A DNA stretch of 64,000 bases from assembly GCA_963676835.2 (NCBI GenBank), contig CAXXFF010000001.1:736001-800000 (forward strand), written 5' to 3'. This stretch comes from Marispirochaeta sp. Its GTDB lineage: Bacteria > Spirochaetota > Spirochaetia > JC444 > Marispirochaetaceae. Positions 7,124 to 16,935 of this stretch are shown piece after piece. Each line of letters starts with the position of its first letter. Within the stretch, counting starts at the first letter, position 1. The notes beneath the pieces were generated by a model. That model was not told the origin of the DNA. It saw only the letters and a list, made by a program, of their open reading frames with translations, and ran no database searches. Both the position numbers and the translations under genes were made by a program.

Positions 7124-9832
7124 ATGAGTGTAGAGAAGGACAATTCTATAAATCAGGAAGATAATACACTGGATAATGACGATATTCTCAAAGCTGAAGA
7201 CGGTTCTCTTGAAGAATACGGAGTCTGGGTAAAGTCCGGACCTGAAGATATCGAAGACGCCAGCGATGATGAATCATTTTCCCTTGAGAATCTACCCGAA
7301 TCCGGTGAGGTTTCCTCTTTCCTTACCGACGAAGAAGAGGAACTCCTGGGCGATCTCGAATCGGATATTCCGGAAGAAGAGAATATTTTCGACGAAGATG
7401 CGAACCTGGCTGAAGCGGATCTATCCTTCACAGAAGAAGACGACCTGAATGAGACCACCCCGGATGATTCACCCGGTGAAGCTGATGATTCAATCGAAGA
7501 AGATTTCAGCATAGAAGATCTGGATGATCTCAGCGATCTTGATGCAGCTCTGGATAGTGATGAATCGGAAAATGACGATGACATCCTCGATGCGGCAAGC
7601 CTTGATACAGATACCGTTTTCAGGGAGATCCCTTCTCTGGATGAAGAAGACCTTTCCATAGAAGATTTTTCCGGCGATGCAGAAGAGACAGAAGCAGGCA
7701 GCGACGATGATTTTGACCTGCCTGAAATGGATGATCTCAGCGAAGACTTGTCCGACCTGAGTGAAGATGAAGATACAGAAATTGAAGATCTTACAGATGT
7801 CTCCCTCGATGATTTTCTTGAAGAAACTCCCGAAGAAACAGCAGATATCCAGGATGAAACCCCGGCAGATGACGTAATGCAGCTTGAAAACCCTGTTTTC
7901 AATGATGAAATAGAGGAAGACGACGATGACTTCTTCGACATCGATCTTGATATAGAAGAAGAACCACTTGAAAGTTCTCCGGAAACGGATGACTCCACAG
8001 AAGAACTTGAAACTCTTTCAGCAGACCTTGAAGATGAGCTTGAAGAGATCTCCCTGGATGAATTTGATACAGATGATGATTTGACCGGGAGCCTGGAAGA
8101 AACTCTGGAAGATATTGAAGTTTCAATCTCGGATGAAGAGCCGGAAGAGATAGAGCTCAGTGAGCTTTCCAGTGAAGAGGACGAACTTCCGGAACTCTCC
8201 GTTGAAGAACTGGTGGAAGAAAACATAGTATCTCCCGGAACATCTGCCGCGGCTGAAATTGATACGGAAATTGAAGAAAAATCTTCGATTCTGCGCAAAA
8301 TAGAAGAAGAACTCCACTCTATACGGGATGAACTTGCATCCCTCAAAAGCGAACTGACCAATCTCAAGCCCTCGTCACCACCAGCGCCAGCTATGGAAGG
8401 TGCAGATGTTGCAGAGGAAGAAGATGTAAATAGCTTCTTTGAGGATGATGAGGATGAAACCATCGCCTTAACCGGTGATGAACTGGATAATATTCTTAAT
8501 ACTGCAGACGTTACCGAAGAAGCAGGAAAAGAGTCAGAAGCTCCGGAAGATATGGTCGATATCAATCTTGATGATCTGTCCCTGGAAGAAGAAACGGAAG
8601 AAGTTGATCTTTCAGATGATCTTGACCTCTCGGACCTTGATGATGAACTTAATCTCGATGATGAGCTCGACATAGAGGAAGAAGAGCTGGATCTTACTCC
8701 CGAGGAATCAGCTGATCTGCCTGATGAACTTGATGAACTTGATGATCTTGATCTTTCTCTGCCGGAAGAAGATACAATTGAAGATTTTTCCATTGAGGAT
8801 GATGAAGAAACAGAGGAAGATATTCTGAGTCTGGATAATCTCAGCGGGGAACTCGATGAGGAAATCCCCGATGAGCTCACAGCAGAAATCGAAGAGTCTG
8901 ATTCTGACCTTCTGCTTTCCGGAGAAGATATTCTCCCCATGGGAGACACCGCAGAGGAAGAAGAAATTCTTTCCCTTGATGAAGAGGACCTTGTAGAAGA
9001 AGAGGATTTCTCCATCGACGAAGAGCTTCCGGAAGAAGATCTTTCACTTGACGAAACAATTCCTGAAGATACTGGGGAAGAGGATCTCACTCTTGATGAG
9101 TCTCTCATGGAAGAAACAGAAGAAGATGAAGATCTCACTCTTGATGAAACACTTCTTGAAGAGACCGTGGAAGAGGATCTCTCCCTTGACGAAGCTCTCC
9201 TGGACGAAACTCTCCCGGAAGAGACTGAAGAAGAAGATCTTTCTCTTGACGAATCTCTCCTTGACGAAACTCTCCTGGATGAGACAGAAGAAGAGGATCT
9301 TTCTCTCGATGAGACTCTCATGGAAGAGACGGAAGATGATGAGCCTGACTTTTCCGATCTTGAGCTTGAAGACTTTGATATCGAAACCGATGAGATAACA
9401 GAAGAGACGGTAACAGAGACGCTTCCAGAAGACGACGATTTTGAGTTTGAAGAAGAAATTGAACTTGATATAAGCCCCGATAATGCCTCCCCCGCCGACA
9501 GCGAGGATATAACTGAAGACATTATTGCAGATGAAGCAGAAACCGGCGAACCGGAATCTGCAGCCATTGAGGCTGAGTTTCCTGATAACGAAATCCTGGA
9601 AAATGATACAAGTACTGCAGCAGCGGCAACTGCCGAAACTGAAGATGCTGCACGTCCGGAAGAATCCTCTCTTGATCTCAATCCGAACCTTCGCAGTGAG
9701 ATCAAGTCAGTACTTTCCTACATGGACCAGCTTCTGAATGACCTGCCCGAAGAGAAGATTGAAGAGTTTAAACACTCTGAACACTTCAAAGTATACAGTA
9801 AGCTCTTTACAGAACTGGGAATATCCGGCTGA
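7124..9832 (+). CDS. Hyper-acidic low-complexity protein (902 aa), predicted mostly disordered with short structured islands
   Basis: SD GGAG before ATG. D/E/L-dominated sequence with islands EEYGVWVKSGPED, a coiled coil ILRKIEEELHSIRDELASLKSEL, DETIALTGDELDNILNTAD, and a helical C-terminus LRSEIKSVLSYMDQLL...KLFTELGI. Confidence 0.9.
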   Translation: MSVEKDNSINQEDNTLDNDDILKAEDGSLEEYGVWVKSGPEDIEDASDDESFSLENLPESGEVSSFLTDEEEELLGDLESDIPEEENIFDEDANLAEADLSFTEEDDLNETTPDDSPGEADDSIEEDFSIEDLDDLSDLDAALDSDESENDDDILDAASLDTDTVFREIPSLDEEDLSIEDFSGDAEETEAGSDDDFDLPEMDDLSEDLSDLSEDEDTEIEDLTDVSLDDFLEETPEETADIQDETPADDVMQLENPVFNDEIEEDDDDFFDIDLDIEEEPLESSPETDDSTEELETLSADLEDELEEISLDEFDTDDDLTGSLEETLEDIEVSISDEEPEEIELSELSSEEDELPELSVEELVEENIVSPGTSAAAEIDTEIEEKSSILRKIEEELHSIRDELASLKSELTNLKPSSPPAPAMEGADVAEEEDVNSFFEDDEDETIALTGDELDNILNTADVTEEAGKESEAPEDMVDINLDDLSLEEETEEVDLSDDLDLSDLDDELNLDDELDIEEEELDLTPEESADLPDELDELDDLDLSLPEEDTIEDFSIEDDEETEEDILSLDNLSGELDEEIPDELTAEIEESDSDLLLSGEDILPMGDTAEEEEILSLDEEDLVEEEDFSIDEELPEEDLSLDETIPEDTGEEDLTLDESLMEETEEDEDLTLDETLLEETVEEDLSLDEALLDETLPEETEEEDLSLDESLLDETLLDETEEEDLSLDETLMEETEDDEPDFSDLELEDFDIETDEITEETVTETLPEDDDFEFEEEIELDISPDNASPADSEDITEDIIADEAETGEPESAAIEAEFPDNEILENDTSTAAAATAETEDAARPEESSLDLNPNLRSEIKSVLSYMDQLLNDLPEEKIEEFKHSEHFKVYSKLFTELGISG
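9030..9330 (+). repeat. Six degenerate tandem coding repeats EEDL(S/T)LDE(T/S/A)L, 15-20 aa period
   Basis: DNA unit resembling GAAGARGATCTYWCNCTYGAYGAR recurs at about 9032, 9078, 9125, 9171, 9231 and 9290. Confidence 0.8.
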
Positions 9833-10905
9833 TGGGCCTCCTCGACAAGGCATCCAGACAGCAGCCTTCTCCTGCGGGAGGACTGCTGTCAAGGGCACAA
9901 CATTCCGGACCTTCCGCAGGGGTTATTTCTCCTGCGAAATCTGCTGTTCCCTCGGGAACAGTTAAAAAAAAAAGAACTGAAAACCAGAGTGCGCCTTCTG
10001 ATAAGCCTGTTCCCGGCGGAATAATCCGCCTTGCAGCAGGCATCTCTCAGCTGACACCTTCCCTGGAAGGCATGGGAGAACTCTTTGAGCTGCTTAAAAA
10101 AGCATTTTCCATCAAAAAAGGAGCCTTGCTGACACGCTCCACTGCCACAGAGTTCTTTCTTCCCAGGGCACAGACCGGCCTTGATATAACCAGTAGAAAC
10201 CGCCTTCGCTTACCACCTGACCTGATTTCAGAATCAACCGAAAGGGGTTCATGGGTAGTACCCGAAGAACTTACAGATATACAGCCCTATCTCAGTTCAA
10301 GAGAACATGCCCTTATTGAAGGGGCCTTTATTCTTCCCGTGTACTCCGAAAACTTCTGTTCGGGCATGATTATCATACTAACCGATGCCTATGATAACGG
10401 CAAAATGCAGAAACTTACGAGCCTGCCTATCCATCCGGTGCAGGAAGCAATCGGCAGTTACTTCAACAGGATAAAACTGTTCCATCTGACCAAGGCCCCG
10501 GAGACTGCCGGGGGCCCCCTGGAGCTTGAGAAGTTTATCCACAAAATGCGGGAAAACCAGATGGTGTTTACCGCTGTGCAGTTTAACATTGCCCCTCTTC
10601 TAAAGAGGCTTCAGACCGCATCCCACGATGTTGATCTTTTCCGGGCCCGGAAAGACACTCTCAGAATAATTGAAACACTTTTCGAAGGCAGCTCCATTCT
10701 TGTACCTCTTAACGCTGATGCCTACCTTCTTCTGCTCGGGACAAAAAGACAACAGAACCCGGGTCTGCTCCAGCATCAGGTAGCCCTTGCTCTGCAAAAC
10801 TTTTTTTCTGACAGTAAAACGGTCCTTGAGTTTACAACAATCTCCCCTCCTCCTTCTGATAAAACCCCCAAACAGGCGGCTTCCGATCTTATTAATGCAG
10901 GGTAA
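9832..10905 (+). CDS. Hypothetical protein (MGLLxKA N-terminus, GAF-like middle region)
   Basis: TGATG overlap with the upstream gene (translational coupling). KGALL...FLPRAQTGLD...FILPV...GMIII has GAF-like spacing. Confidence 0.7.
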   Translation: MGLLDKASRQQPSPAGGLLSRAQHSGPSAGVISPAKSAVPSGTVKKKRTENQSAPSDKPVPGGIIRLAAGISQLTPSLEGMGELFELLKKAFSIKKGALLTRSTATEFFLPRAQTGLDITSRNRLRLPPDLISESTERGSWVVPEELTDIQPYLSSREHALIEGAFILPVYSENFCSGMIIILTDAYDNGKMQKLTSLPIHPVQEAIGSYFNRIKLFHLTKAPETAGGPLELEKFIHKMRENQMVFTAVQFNIAPLLKRLQTASHDVDLFRARKDTLRIIETLFEGSSILVPLNADAYLLLLGTKRQQNPGLLQHQVALALQNFFSDSKTVLEFTTISPPPSDKTPKQAASDLINAG

Positions 10906-10911
10906 TACCTG

Positions 10912-12357
10912 ATGATCCGGATCGAAACATCGCGAACCGGGCTGCCCGTGCCCTTGATGAACGAAAAAGCACTCGTCTCCCGATTTGATCCGCAGAAAGA
11001 GGCCTCCCGGTTTATAGAAAATAAAATCGGCTCACCGCCGGGTATACTGCTGATTCTTGGTGATGTCTTCGGCTACCTGAGAGCCGCCGCCGGGAAGCTG
11101 CTGCCCGGCACAGAAGTTTACAGCATAACCGTCAGTGAAGAACTTGCTTCGAACGATACCGACTACGGAGAAGAATGCCTCTTCAACCGGGGAAAGACCC
11201 GTGAGTTTCTGGACAGAGTTCTGCGGGAAGATAACTTCAGCGGGTTAACTGTTCTGGAATGGCAGCCGGTGCTTAAAATGTTTCCTGATTTTTCCGCCGC
11301 TGTTACGCGGCTTATTCAAAGACGCCTGCAGATTCTTAACGGAAACATTACAACAGTCCGGGGTTTTGGAAACCGCTGGCTGAAAAATACAATCCTGAAT
11401 TTCCTGTATATTCCCCGATTTTCGACTCTTGCTTGTGGAAACTCCGGAATAGCACTGATAGCTGCAAGCGGAGCAAGCCTTAAGAATTCCTGTTCACTTC
11501 TATCCGATTCCAGGCTGCCCGTAATAGCCCTCCCCTCAAGTCTCAGGTTTATGAAAAGCATCGGTCGTCTCCCGGTCTTAACCGTACAGACGGATCCCGG
11601 CTATTACGCTGTATACCATCTGCGGGAAGGAACCGGCTGGTTAACCCATATAGCATCACCATTATCTGCATGCCCCTACATTGCCCGGACAAAAGCTTCA
11701 ATCCTGCCCCTGAACCAGGGAGACCCCTTTGAGCAGGAACTGTTCAGGCAACTTGAAATCCCGGCGTACTTCCTGCCGTCCGCCGGTACAGTTGCGGCAA
11801 CGGCGATGTCCGCTGCCATCGCCCTTGGTGCTGACCCGGCAGTCATGGCGGGGCTCGATCTCTGTTATGACGACATCAACACCCATGTAAGTCCTCATAG
11901 CTTCGACGAGGTATTTTCTAATGGTTCCAGCCGGAACAGGCCCCTCTACTCTGTAAAATACCGCTACTCAAGAGATACCCGGAGCAGTGAAGGACAATCC
12001 CGGGCACTGGAAACCTACAGCAAATGGTTCACGGAACTGGACAGAGATTTTTCAGAAAAAGTGAAGCGAATTAAACCTTCCCGGATAAAGCTGCCCATGG
12101 AGGTGGTCACTGCGGATGATGTTTCAGCCTTTTCCGGGAATTCCCTGAATATTAAGTTCGATTCCAATCCGGCGCCGGATTTCAAAGTGAGAAAAAGGAT
12201 TATTCTCAATATACTGGAAGAGACACATGGACATATCAAACAGGGAACAGAATCCTCCATGGCCGAAGAATTTATAGAGAAAACTGGAAATGTTGAAACA
12301 GGGGCTCAATTAATCGGAGAGCTGTTAAACCGGGTAAGAAAAATGGAGCATCAATGA
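10912..12357 (+). CDS. Maf / DUF115 (MptE-like) motility-associated factor, putative flagellin glycosyltransferase
   Basis: SRFDPQKEA N-motif, WLKN, AASGASL (GxGPSL-like), TDPGY, GTVAATA, MAGLDL. Confidence 0.75.
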   Translation: MIRIETSRTGLPVPLMNEKALVSRFDPQKEASRFIENKIGSPPGILLILGDVFGYLRAAAGKLLPGTEVYSITVSEELASNDTDYGEECLFNRGKTREFLDRVLREDNFSGLTVLEWQPVLKMFPDFSAAVTRLIQRRLQILNGNITTVRGFGNRWLKNTILNFLYIPRFSTLACGNSGIALIAASGASLKNSCSLLSDSRLPVIALPSSLRFMKSIGRLPVLTVQTDPGYYAVYHLREGTGWLTHIASPLSACPYIARTKASILPLNQGDPFEQELFRQLEIPAYFLPSAGTVAATAMSAAIALGADPAVMAGLDLCYDDINTHVSPHSFDEVFSNGSSRNRPLYSVKYRYSRDTRSSEGQSRALETYSKWFTELDRDFSEKVKRIKPSRIKLPMEVVTADDVSAFSGNSLNIKFDSNPAPDFKVRKRIILNILEETHGHIKQGTESSMAEEFIEKTGNVETGAQLIGELLNRVRKMEHQ

Positions 12358-14018
12358 AGGAGAAGACAATTCTTGCCCAGAACCTTTCGATACTGAAGAA
12401 GCGCGCCCCCCTTGCGGCCCGTGCTATTGAATCCGCAGAACCTTCAGAGAATTTCAGAAAAGAGGAAGCCCGAAACGGCAGTAATATTATCTCTGAATAT
12501 GTAGCCCCACGATGGTTCGCTCTGCATTCGTCAATGAACCCGGAGAGAGAAGCCGGCCGGGCAGCAGAACAGCACACCCGGGAAGGCTATCTGATCTGCT
12601 ACGGACTCGGGGCAGGATATTACCTGAAGGAGGCAGTCAACCTTCTTACCCCGGCAAAAGGCATTATTCTTCTCATCGATGACAATCCCGAAAGGCTTCG
12701 TTTTCTTCTCTCCAACTTTGATTACACCCCTTACTTTGAATATACCGGTTTCAGAATGCTGATATCACCTGACACCAATTCCATAGTACAGGCCCTTACA
12801 GATACCTATCTGCCTGCGCTCTACGGAAACCTCGGTATATTTCCTCTCCAGAGCATTGTTAACCGCAGCAGAGACCGCTTCCGGGAGATTACCGCAGCAG
12901 TTCAAACTGCCATTGCAGGAATAAAAGCTGATTTCTCAGTACAGGCTCATTTCGGAAAAATATGGTTCCATAACATCACCGCCAATCTTCCTGCAACAGC
13001 CGCGTGCAGGTACGGGACAGTCAGCACCCTGCAGCAGAAAATAAAAGGGAAAAAGGTGCTTATAACGGGAGCCGGTCCAGGTTTGTCAGCTTTTCTCGAG
13101 ATCCTGAAAAAAAGGCCGCCCGAATCATTTCTTCTTGCAACCGATACATCTCTTCCGGTACTGCTTGCAAACTCCATTGTCCCGGATGCCGTTATCAATG
13201 TTGACAGCCAGTACTATTCACTTCTTCATGCCATTGAACCTGCAGCCCGGGAAATCCCCTGGATTGTACCCATCTCTGCAGCACCGGCATTGCTGCGCCG
13301 CCTGAAACAACCCCACATTTTTGCCGGCGGACACCCGCTGGAACAATGGCTCTCTTTAAAGCTTGACCTCCCCGGCCTGGAGACCTCCGGCGGCAATGTA
13401 CTCCAGACTGCTGTTTCCCTGGCAAGGCTTTCTGAAGCAGCTGAAATATCTGTATACGGGGCAGATTTCTGCAATCCCCGGGGTATTCCCTATGCCACGG
13501 AGAGCTACGTATACCGCTGGTTCATGGACCGGGCCGATAGGAGTGCACCTCTGCACTCCCGGCTGCTGCGGTTTACCTTTGATTCCCGGGAGACACTCCC
13601 CACAGAAAGTATCGCAGACAAAGGTTATGACCCATTTTATTCCTCACCGAAGCTGTCCCGGTACCGGGAGTTTTTTGAAACGGATCAGGAAAACAGTGCG
13701 GTTAAACTAGGCTGGGCAAGCCCATGGGGAATGAAAGAATTCTGCACTTTAAATAATCAACAGAATTCCGGAACCGGCAGTTCAGCAAAGCTTCAGAACA
13801 GCTCCACTGCAGTGCCAGTTCCGGTTTTACAGATTATTGAGCAGCTTTGTGCGGAAATTGATGAAGCACATCCTTCCTCACCGGCGCTCCTCTACCCTCT
13901 GGCCGCATGGTTCAGAGGTAAAGGAATTATTCCCGATAATGCCGGTGCAGATGAAGCTCTTGCATTTGCCAGGGAGTATGCCCGTCAGAAACTTCGGAAC
14001 CTCAACGATACAGAATAG
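12354..14018 (+). CDS. Maf / DUF115 (MptE-like) protein, second paralog
   Basis: LHSSMNPEREA, YGLGAGY, GAGPGL, ATDTSL, PDAVINVD, GGNV, YGADF. ATGA overlap with the first paralog. Confidence 0.8.
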   Translation: MKEKTILAQNLSILKKRAPLAARAIESAEPSENFRKEEARNGSNIISEYVAPRWFALHSSMNPEREAGRAAEQHTREGYLICYGLGAGYYLKEAVNLLTPAKGIILLIDDNPERLRFLLSNFDYTPYFEYTGFRMLISPDTNSIVQALTDTYLPALYGNLGIFPLQSIVNRSRDRFREITAAVQTAIAGIKADFSVQAHFGKIWFHNITANLPATAACRYGTVSTLQQKIKGKKVLITGAGPGLSAFLEILKKRPPESFLLATDTSLPVLLANSIVPDAVINVDSQYYSLLHAIEPAAREIPWIVPISAAPALLRRLKQPHIFAGGHPLEQWLSLKLDLPGLETSGGNVLQTAVSLARLSEAAEISVYGADFCNPRGIPYATESYVYRWFMDRADRSAPLHSRLLRFTFDSRETLPTESIADKGYDPFYSSPKLSRYREFFETDQENSAVKLGWASPWGMKEFCTLNNQQNSGTGSSAKLQNSSTAVPVPVLQIIEQLCAEIDEAHPSSPALLYPLAAWFRGKGIIPDNAGADEALAFAREYARQKLRNLNDTE

Positions 14019-14847
14019 CAGCATAACCTACAAAGCTGGACAGTCCACCGCCCCCGGCGGCATCCCTGCTGGTGCGATAGCCGAGAAGCTCTGCCTTTAA
14101 ACATTCTTTCCGTACCTTTTTTGATTCAAGCGCGTAAACTGCAGCTGCTGCTGCGGCTCCTGAAGAACAGGCAGCTTTATCGTCCGTACCATGGGCGATC
14201 ATCCGATGCCAGTCTGCCGCCAGGGCAGAATCAATAAAATTCCTGTCATTGGTCTCACGAACCCAGTGGTATGCCTCCGGTCCTGTACCTTTGGGAGTAA
14301 AGCCGTAATCGTTGCCATAATGGGTCAGGTCCGTTGAGCCTGCTACAACTATTTTAGTTTCAGTTGCCTCTCCGTAATCAGCTATTGCTTTACCGACAAC
14401 TGCAGCGGCAGGACCCGACGGTACACGCAGGGCAGCAACCGGAGTATCACCATGAAAGTACCGGATCATCGGCAATAGGACCTCTGTGGTATTATCAGGA
14501 GCTTCCGATTCCTGAATATCGATCTTTTCGGACAGAAAAGCAGTAAAACCGGTGTCCGCTTTAATAGATCCCAGAGGGGTATCATATAAATCACCGGATA
14601 TACGCAAGACACTGGAGGCTGGTCCAAGATGTCCGCCGAGAAGAATAAACAGATCCGCCTCTTTAAGAGACCCGATGCCAGCAGCGGCAAGTTCACCGCT
14701 GAAGGCCCACCCCGCATGGGGGACAATACAGGAAAGACCTTTCTCTTCAGCGGGCTTATACATAGAAGCATCAATAAACGAAGCGATTTTATCGGGATTA
14801 TCAGGATACCACCCGGCAGGAAGCATCCGGCGGCGAACCGTATTCAT
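14002..14847 (-). CDS. amrB: AmmeMemoRadiSam system protein B (MEMO1 family)
   Basis: AGWYP, PHAGWAFSG, GSTDLTHYG, C-terminal VGYA. Confidence 0.9.
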   Translation of the reverse strand: MNTVRRRMLPAGWYPDNPDKIASFIDASMYKPAEEKGLSCIVPHAGWAFSGELAAAGIGSLKEADLFILLGGHLGPASSVLRISGDLYDTPLGSIKADTGFTAFLSEKIDIQESEAPDNTTEVLLPMIRYFHGDTPVAALRVPSGPAAAVVGKAIADYGEATETKIVVAGSTDLTHYGNDYGFTPKGTGPEAYHWVRETNDRNFIDSALAADWHRMIAHGTDDKAACSSGAAAAAAVYALESKKVRKECLKAELLGYRTSRDAAGGGGLSSFVGYAAILYR

Positions 14848-14930
14848 TACTTTATATTCTTACATGCCGCGGAGAAAAAAACCAGAAGAATCTGATTCCT
14901 TTTCTCCGGATTAGCGTATACTATAGACCT

Positions 14931-15935
14931 ATGAAGAAGGTCTTATTACAGACATACGCAGTACTTATGTTTATCCTTCTGGTAGCTGCAGCGGTATATA
15001 CCTTTGCAGATATCTCTCAGCTGATAGCGGACAGGGCTGTCAGCATGGAGCCCTATGCGGCCTATATGTCCTCCGCCATCCTGCGGGGAGAGACCCCTTC
15101 ATGGGATCAGATGCAGCGAACAGTGAGTATCAGCCTGCAGAAAGATGACAAAGAGATCTTTCTCTATAAAAACAGGGGAACCAGCCGTATAGGTGCCGCC
15201 CTCTTTTCCCGTCCCTATATGTTTCCTGTGGATACAAAGCTTAAGGCAGATAACATGGTCGTGACCTATCAGCTTGTACAGCAGGATGAGGTTATAAGCA
15301 GACTGCGTCTGCTGCTGTTTATTGCCACCGGGGTACTGCTTGCAACGGGGCTGATTATTGCCTTCTACCGCAAAGCACCGGCAGTGGTAAAAGTGCCCAT
15401 TGCGCCTGTAAAAACAGAAAAGCAGGTTGGTGAGACAAAAACAACACCTGTGGATTATCAGCCTTCAGCGAATACAAATACCGAGCTGGTACCCGGAAAT
15501 GAGCTGATTCCACGGCTTCAGTCAGAACTCAAACGGGCAGCCACCTTTGATCAGGATCTGGTGCTTGCAGTGCTTCAGGCAGAAGGGGCTCATCCGAATC
15601 AGGCTTTTATCCAGCTTTCTCGGGAAATACGGGCATTTTTCTTTTTTAAAGACCTCTGCTATCAGCATGGAGACAATAAAGCCTACGTGATACTGCCCAA
15701 CAGCGAGCTTGATGAGGGTGTCCGCACCTTAAAGGATTTCCGTAACCGCCTCGATAAAGCGACTCCTCCCCTATCATTCACCGCAGGCTTAAGTGCCCGC
15801 TCGGGAAGGCTCCTCGAAGGAGAAACCCTCATTCGGGAGTCCGAAGCCGCTTTAAGAAAATCTGTTCAGGATGGCGCCAATACAATAACCGGATTCAGGG
15901 CGGACCCGACTAAATTCAGGGCCGTAATGTCCTGA
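14931..15935 (+). CDS. Two-TM membrane protein with a degenerate GGDEF domain
   Basis: RLQSELKRA, VILPNS, FTAGLS and LIRESEAALRKS follow the GGDEF fold order; the signature site reads QHGDNK. Confidence 0.7.
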   Translation: MKKVLLQTYAVLMFILLVAAAVYTFADISQLIADRAVSMEPYAAYMSSAILRGETPSWDQMQRTVSISLQKDDKEIFLYKNRGTSRIGAALFSRPYMFPVDTKLKADNMVVTYQLVQQDEVISRLRLLLFIATGVLLATGLIIAFYRKAPAVVKVPIAPVKTEKQVGETKTTPVDYQPSANTNTELVPGNELIPRLQSELKRAATFDQDLVLAVLQAEGAHPNQAFIQLSREIRAFFFFKDLCYQHGDNKAYVILPNSELDEGVRTLKDFRNRLDKATPPLSFTAGLSARSGRLLEGETLIRESEAALRKSVQDGANTITGFRADPTKFRAVMS

Positions 15936-15937
15936 TA

Positions 15938-16885
15938 TCAGGCTTCTTCATCCTGATGCGGTATATCGATAATCATTCTGTCTTTGGTTAGAAATGTTTC
16001 GGGGAAAACCAGCCGGGCCTCATCCTTCAGTTTCTTCAGCTCTCTGCCGCCGTAACGGGGACTGAAATGAATCAATCCCATTTTCTTGACCCCCCCGGCA
16101 TCCCTGGCAATGGTCGCCGCCTGAGTGGATGTCATGTGCTTCTTTTCCCGGGCACTCTCTTCCAGTTCCTTCTCAAACATACCTTCACAAATCAGCAGAT
16201 CTGATCCGGTAACTTCCGGAGCAATGCTCTTTTTATAAAGGCTGTCGGTTACATAACTGAACTTCCGGCCCCGTCTGGGCTGCCCCATAACCATGTCGGG
16301 AGAAATGGTTTCTCCATCCTCATTTTTGACATCTCCCCCCTCCTGCAGACGTGCCCAGAGCGGACCGACCGGAACCTTGAGTGCCCGGGCTTTTTCGGGA
16401 AAGAAAACACCTGGACGGATATCTTCTTCGAGGGTATAGCCGTAACACGGTTTGGTATGTTCCAGAGGAAAACTGCGGACGGTAAAATCCTTACCCCTGT
16501 ACAGAGTCTCCGGTCCGGTAAACTCATGGACAATAATTTCATAGTTGATATACATATCCAGGACCTTGCGGTTTGCTTCCACATAGTCCTTTACCTTGGG
16601 TGGACCGTAAATGTATAAAGGCTCATCCCTGTCTACCTGGGAAGAGAGCATAAGAATACCGGGAAGACCGGTAACATGGTCAGCATGGGTATGGGAGATA
16701 AAAATAGCGGAGATTTTCTTCCAGCGCAGGTTAAGACGTCTGAGAGAAACCTGAGTTCCCTCTCCGCAATCGAAAAGAAAGAGATCTCCGTCTTTTCTAA
16801 GTAAAACCGATGTAAGATGTCTGGATGGAAGGGGCATCATCCCGCCGCAGCCCAGTATAAAAGCCTCTAAATTCATAGCAGGCAT
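15938..16885 (-). CDS. rnz: Ribonuclease Z
   Basis: LFDCGEGTQ, HTHADH metal motif, exosite PVGP, KHMT, LIHFSPRY. Confidence 0.96.
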   Translation of the reverse strand: MPAMNLEAFILGCGGMMPLPSRHLTSVLLRKDGDLFLFDCGEGTQVSLRRLNLRWKKISAIFISHTHADHVTGLPGILMLSSQVDRDEPLYIYGPPKVKDYVEANRKVLDMYINYEIIVHEFTGPETLYRGKDFTVRSFPLEHTKPCYGYTLEEDIRPGVFFPEKARALKVPVGPLWARLQEGGDVKNEDGETISPDMVMGQPRRGRKFSYVTDSLYKKSIAPEVTGSDLLICEGMFEKELEESAREKKHMTSTQAATIARDAGGVKKMGLIHFSPRYGGRELKKLKDEARLVFPETFLTKDRMIIDIPHQDEEA

Positions 16886-16935
16886 GAACCTATCATAAAA
16901 GGGCCTTCATGAGAAGATCGACTGCAGTACTGTTT

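Noticed and set aside
7153..9705. 850-aa Ser-rich ORF on the minus strand
   Set aside because: Antisense shadow of the GAA/GAT/CTT-rich acidic gene. The composition explains the lack of stops, and the plus-strand gene has the SD and translational coupling.
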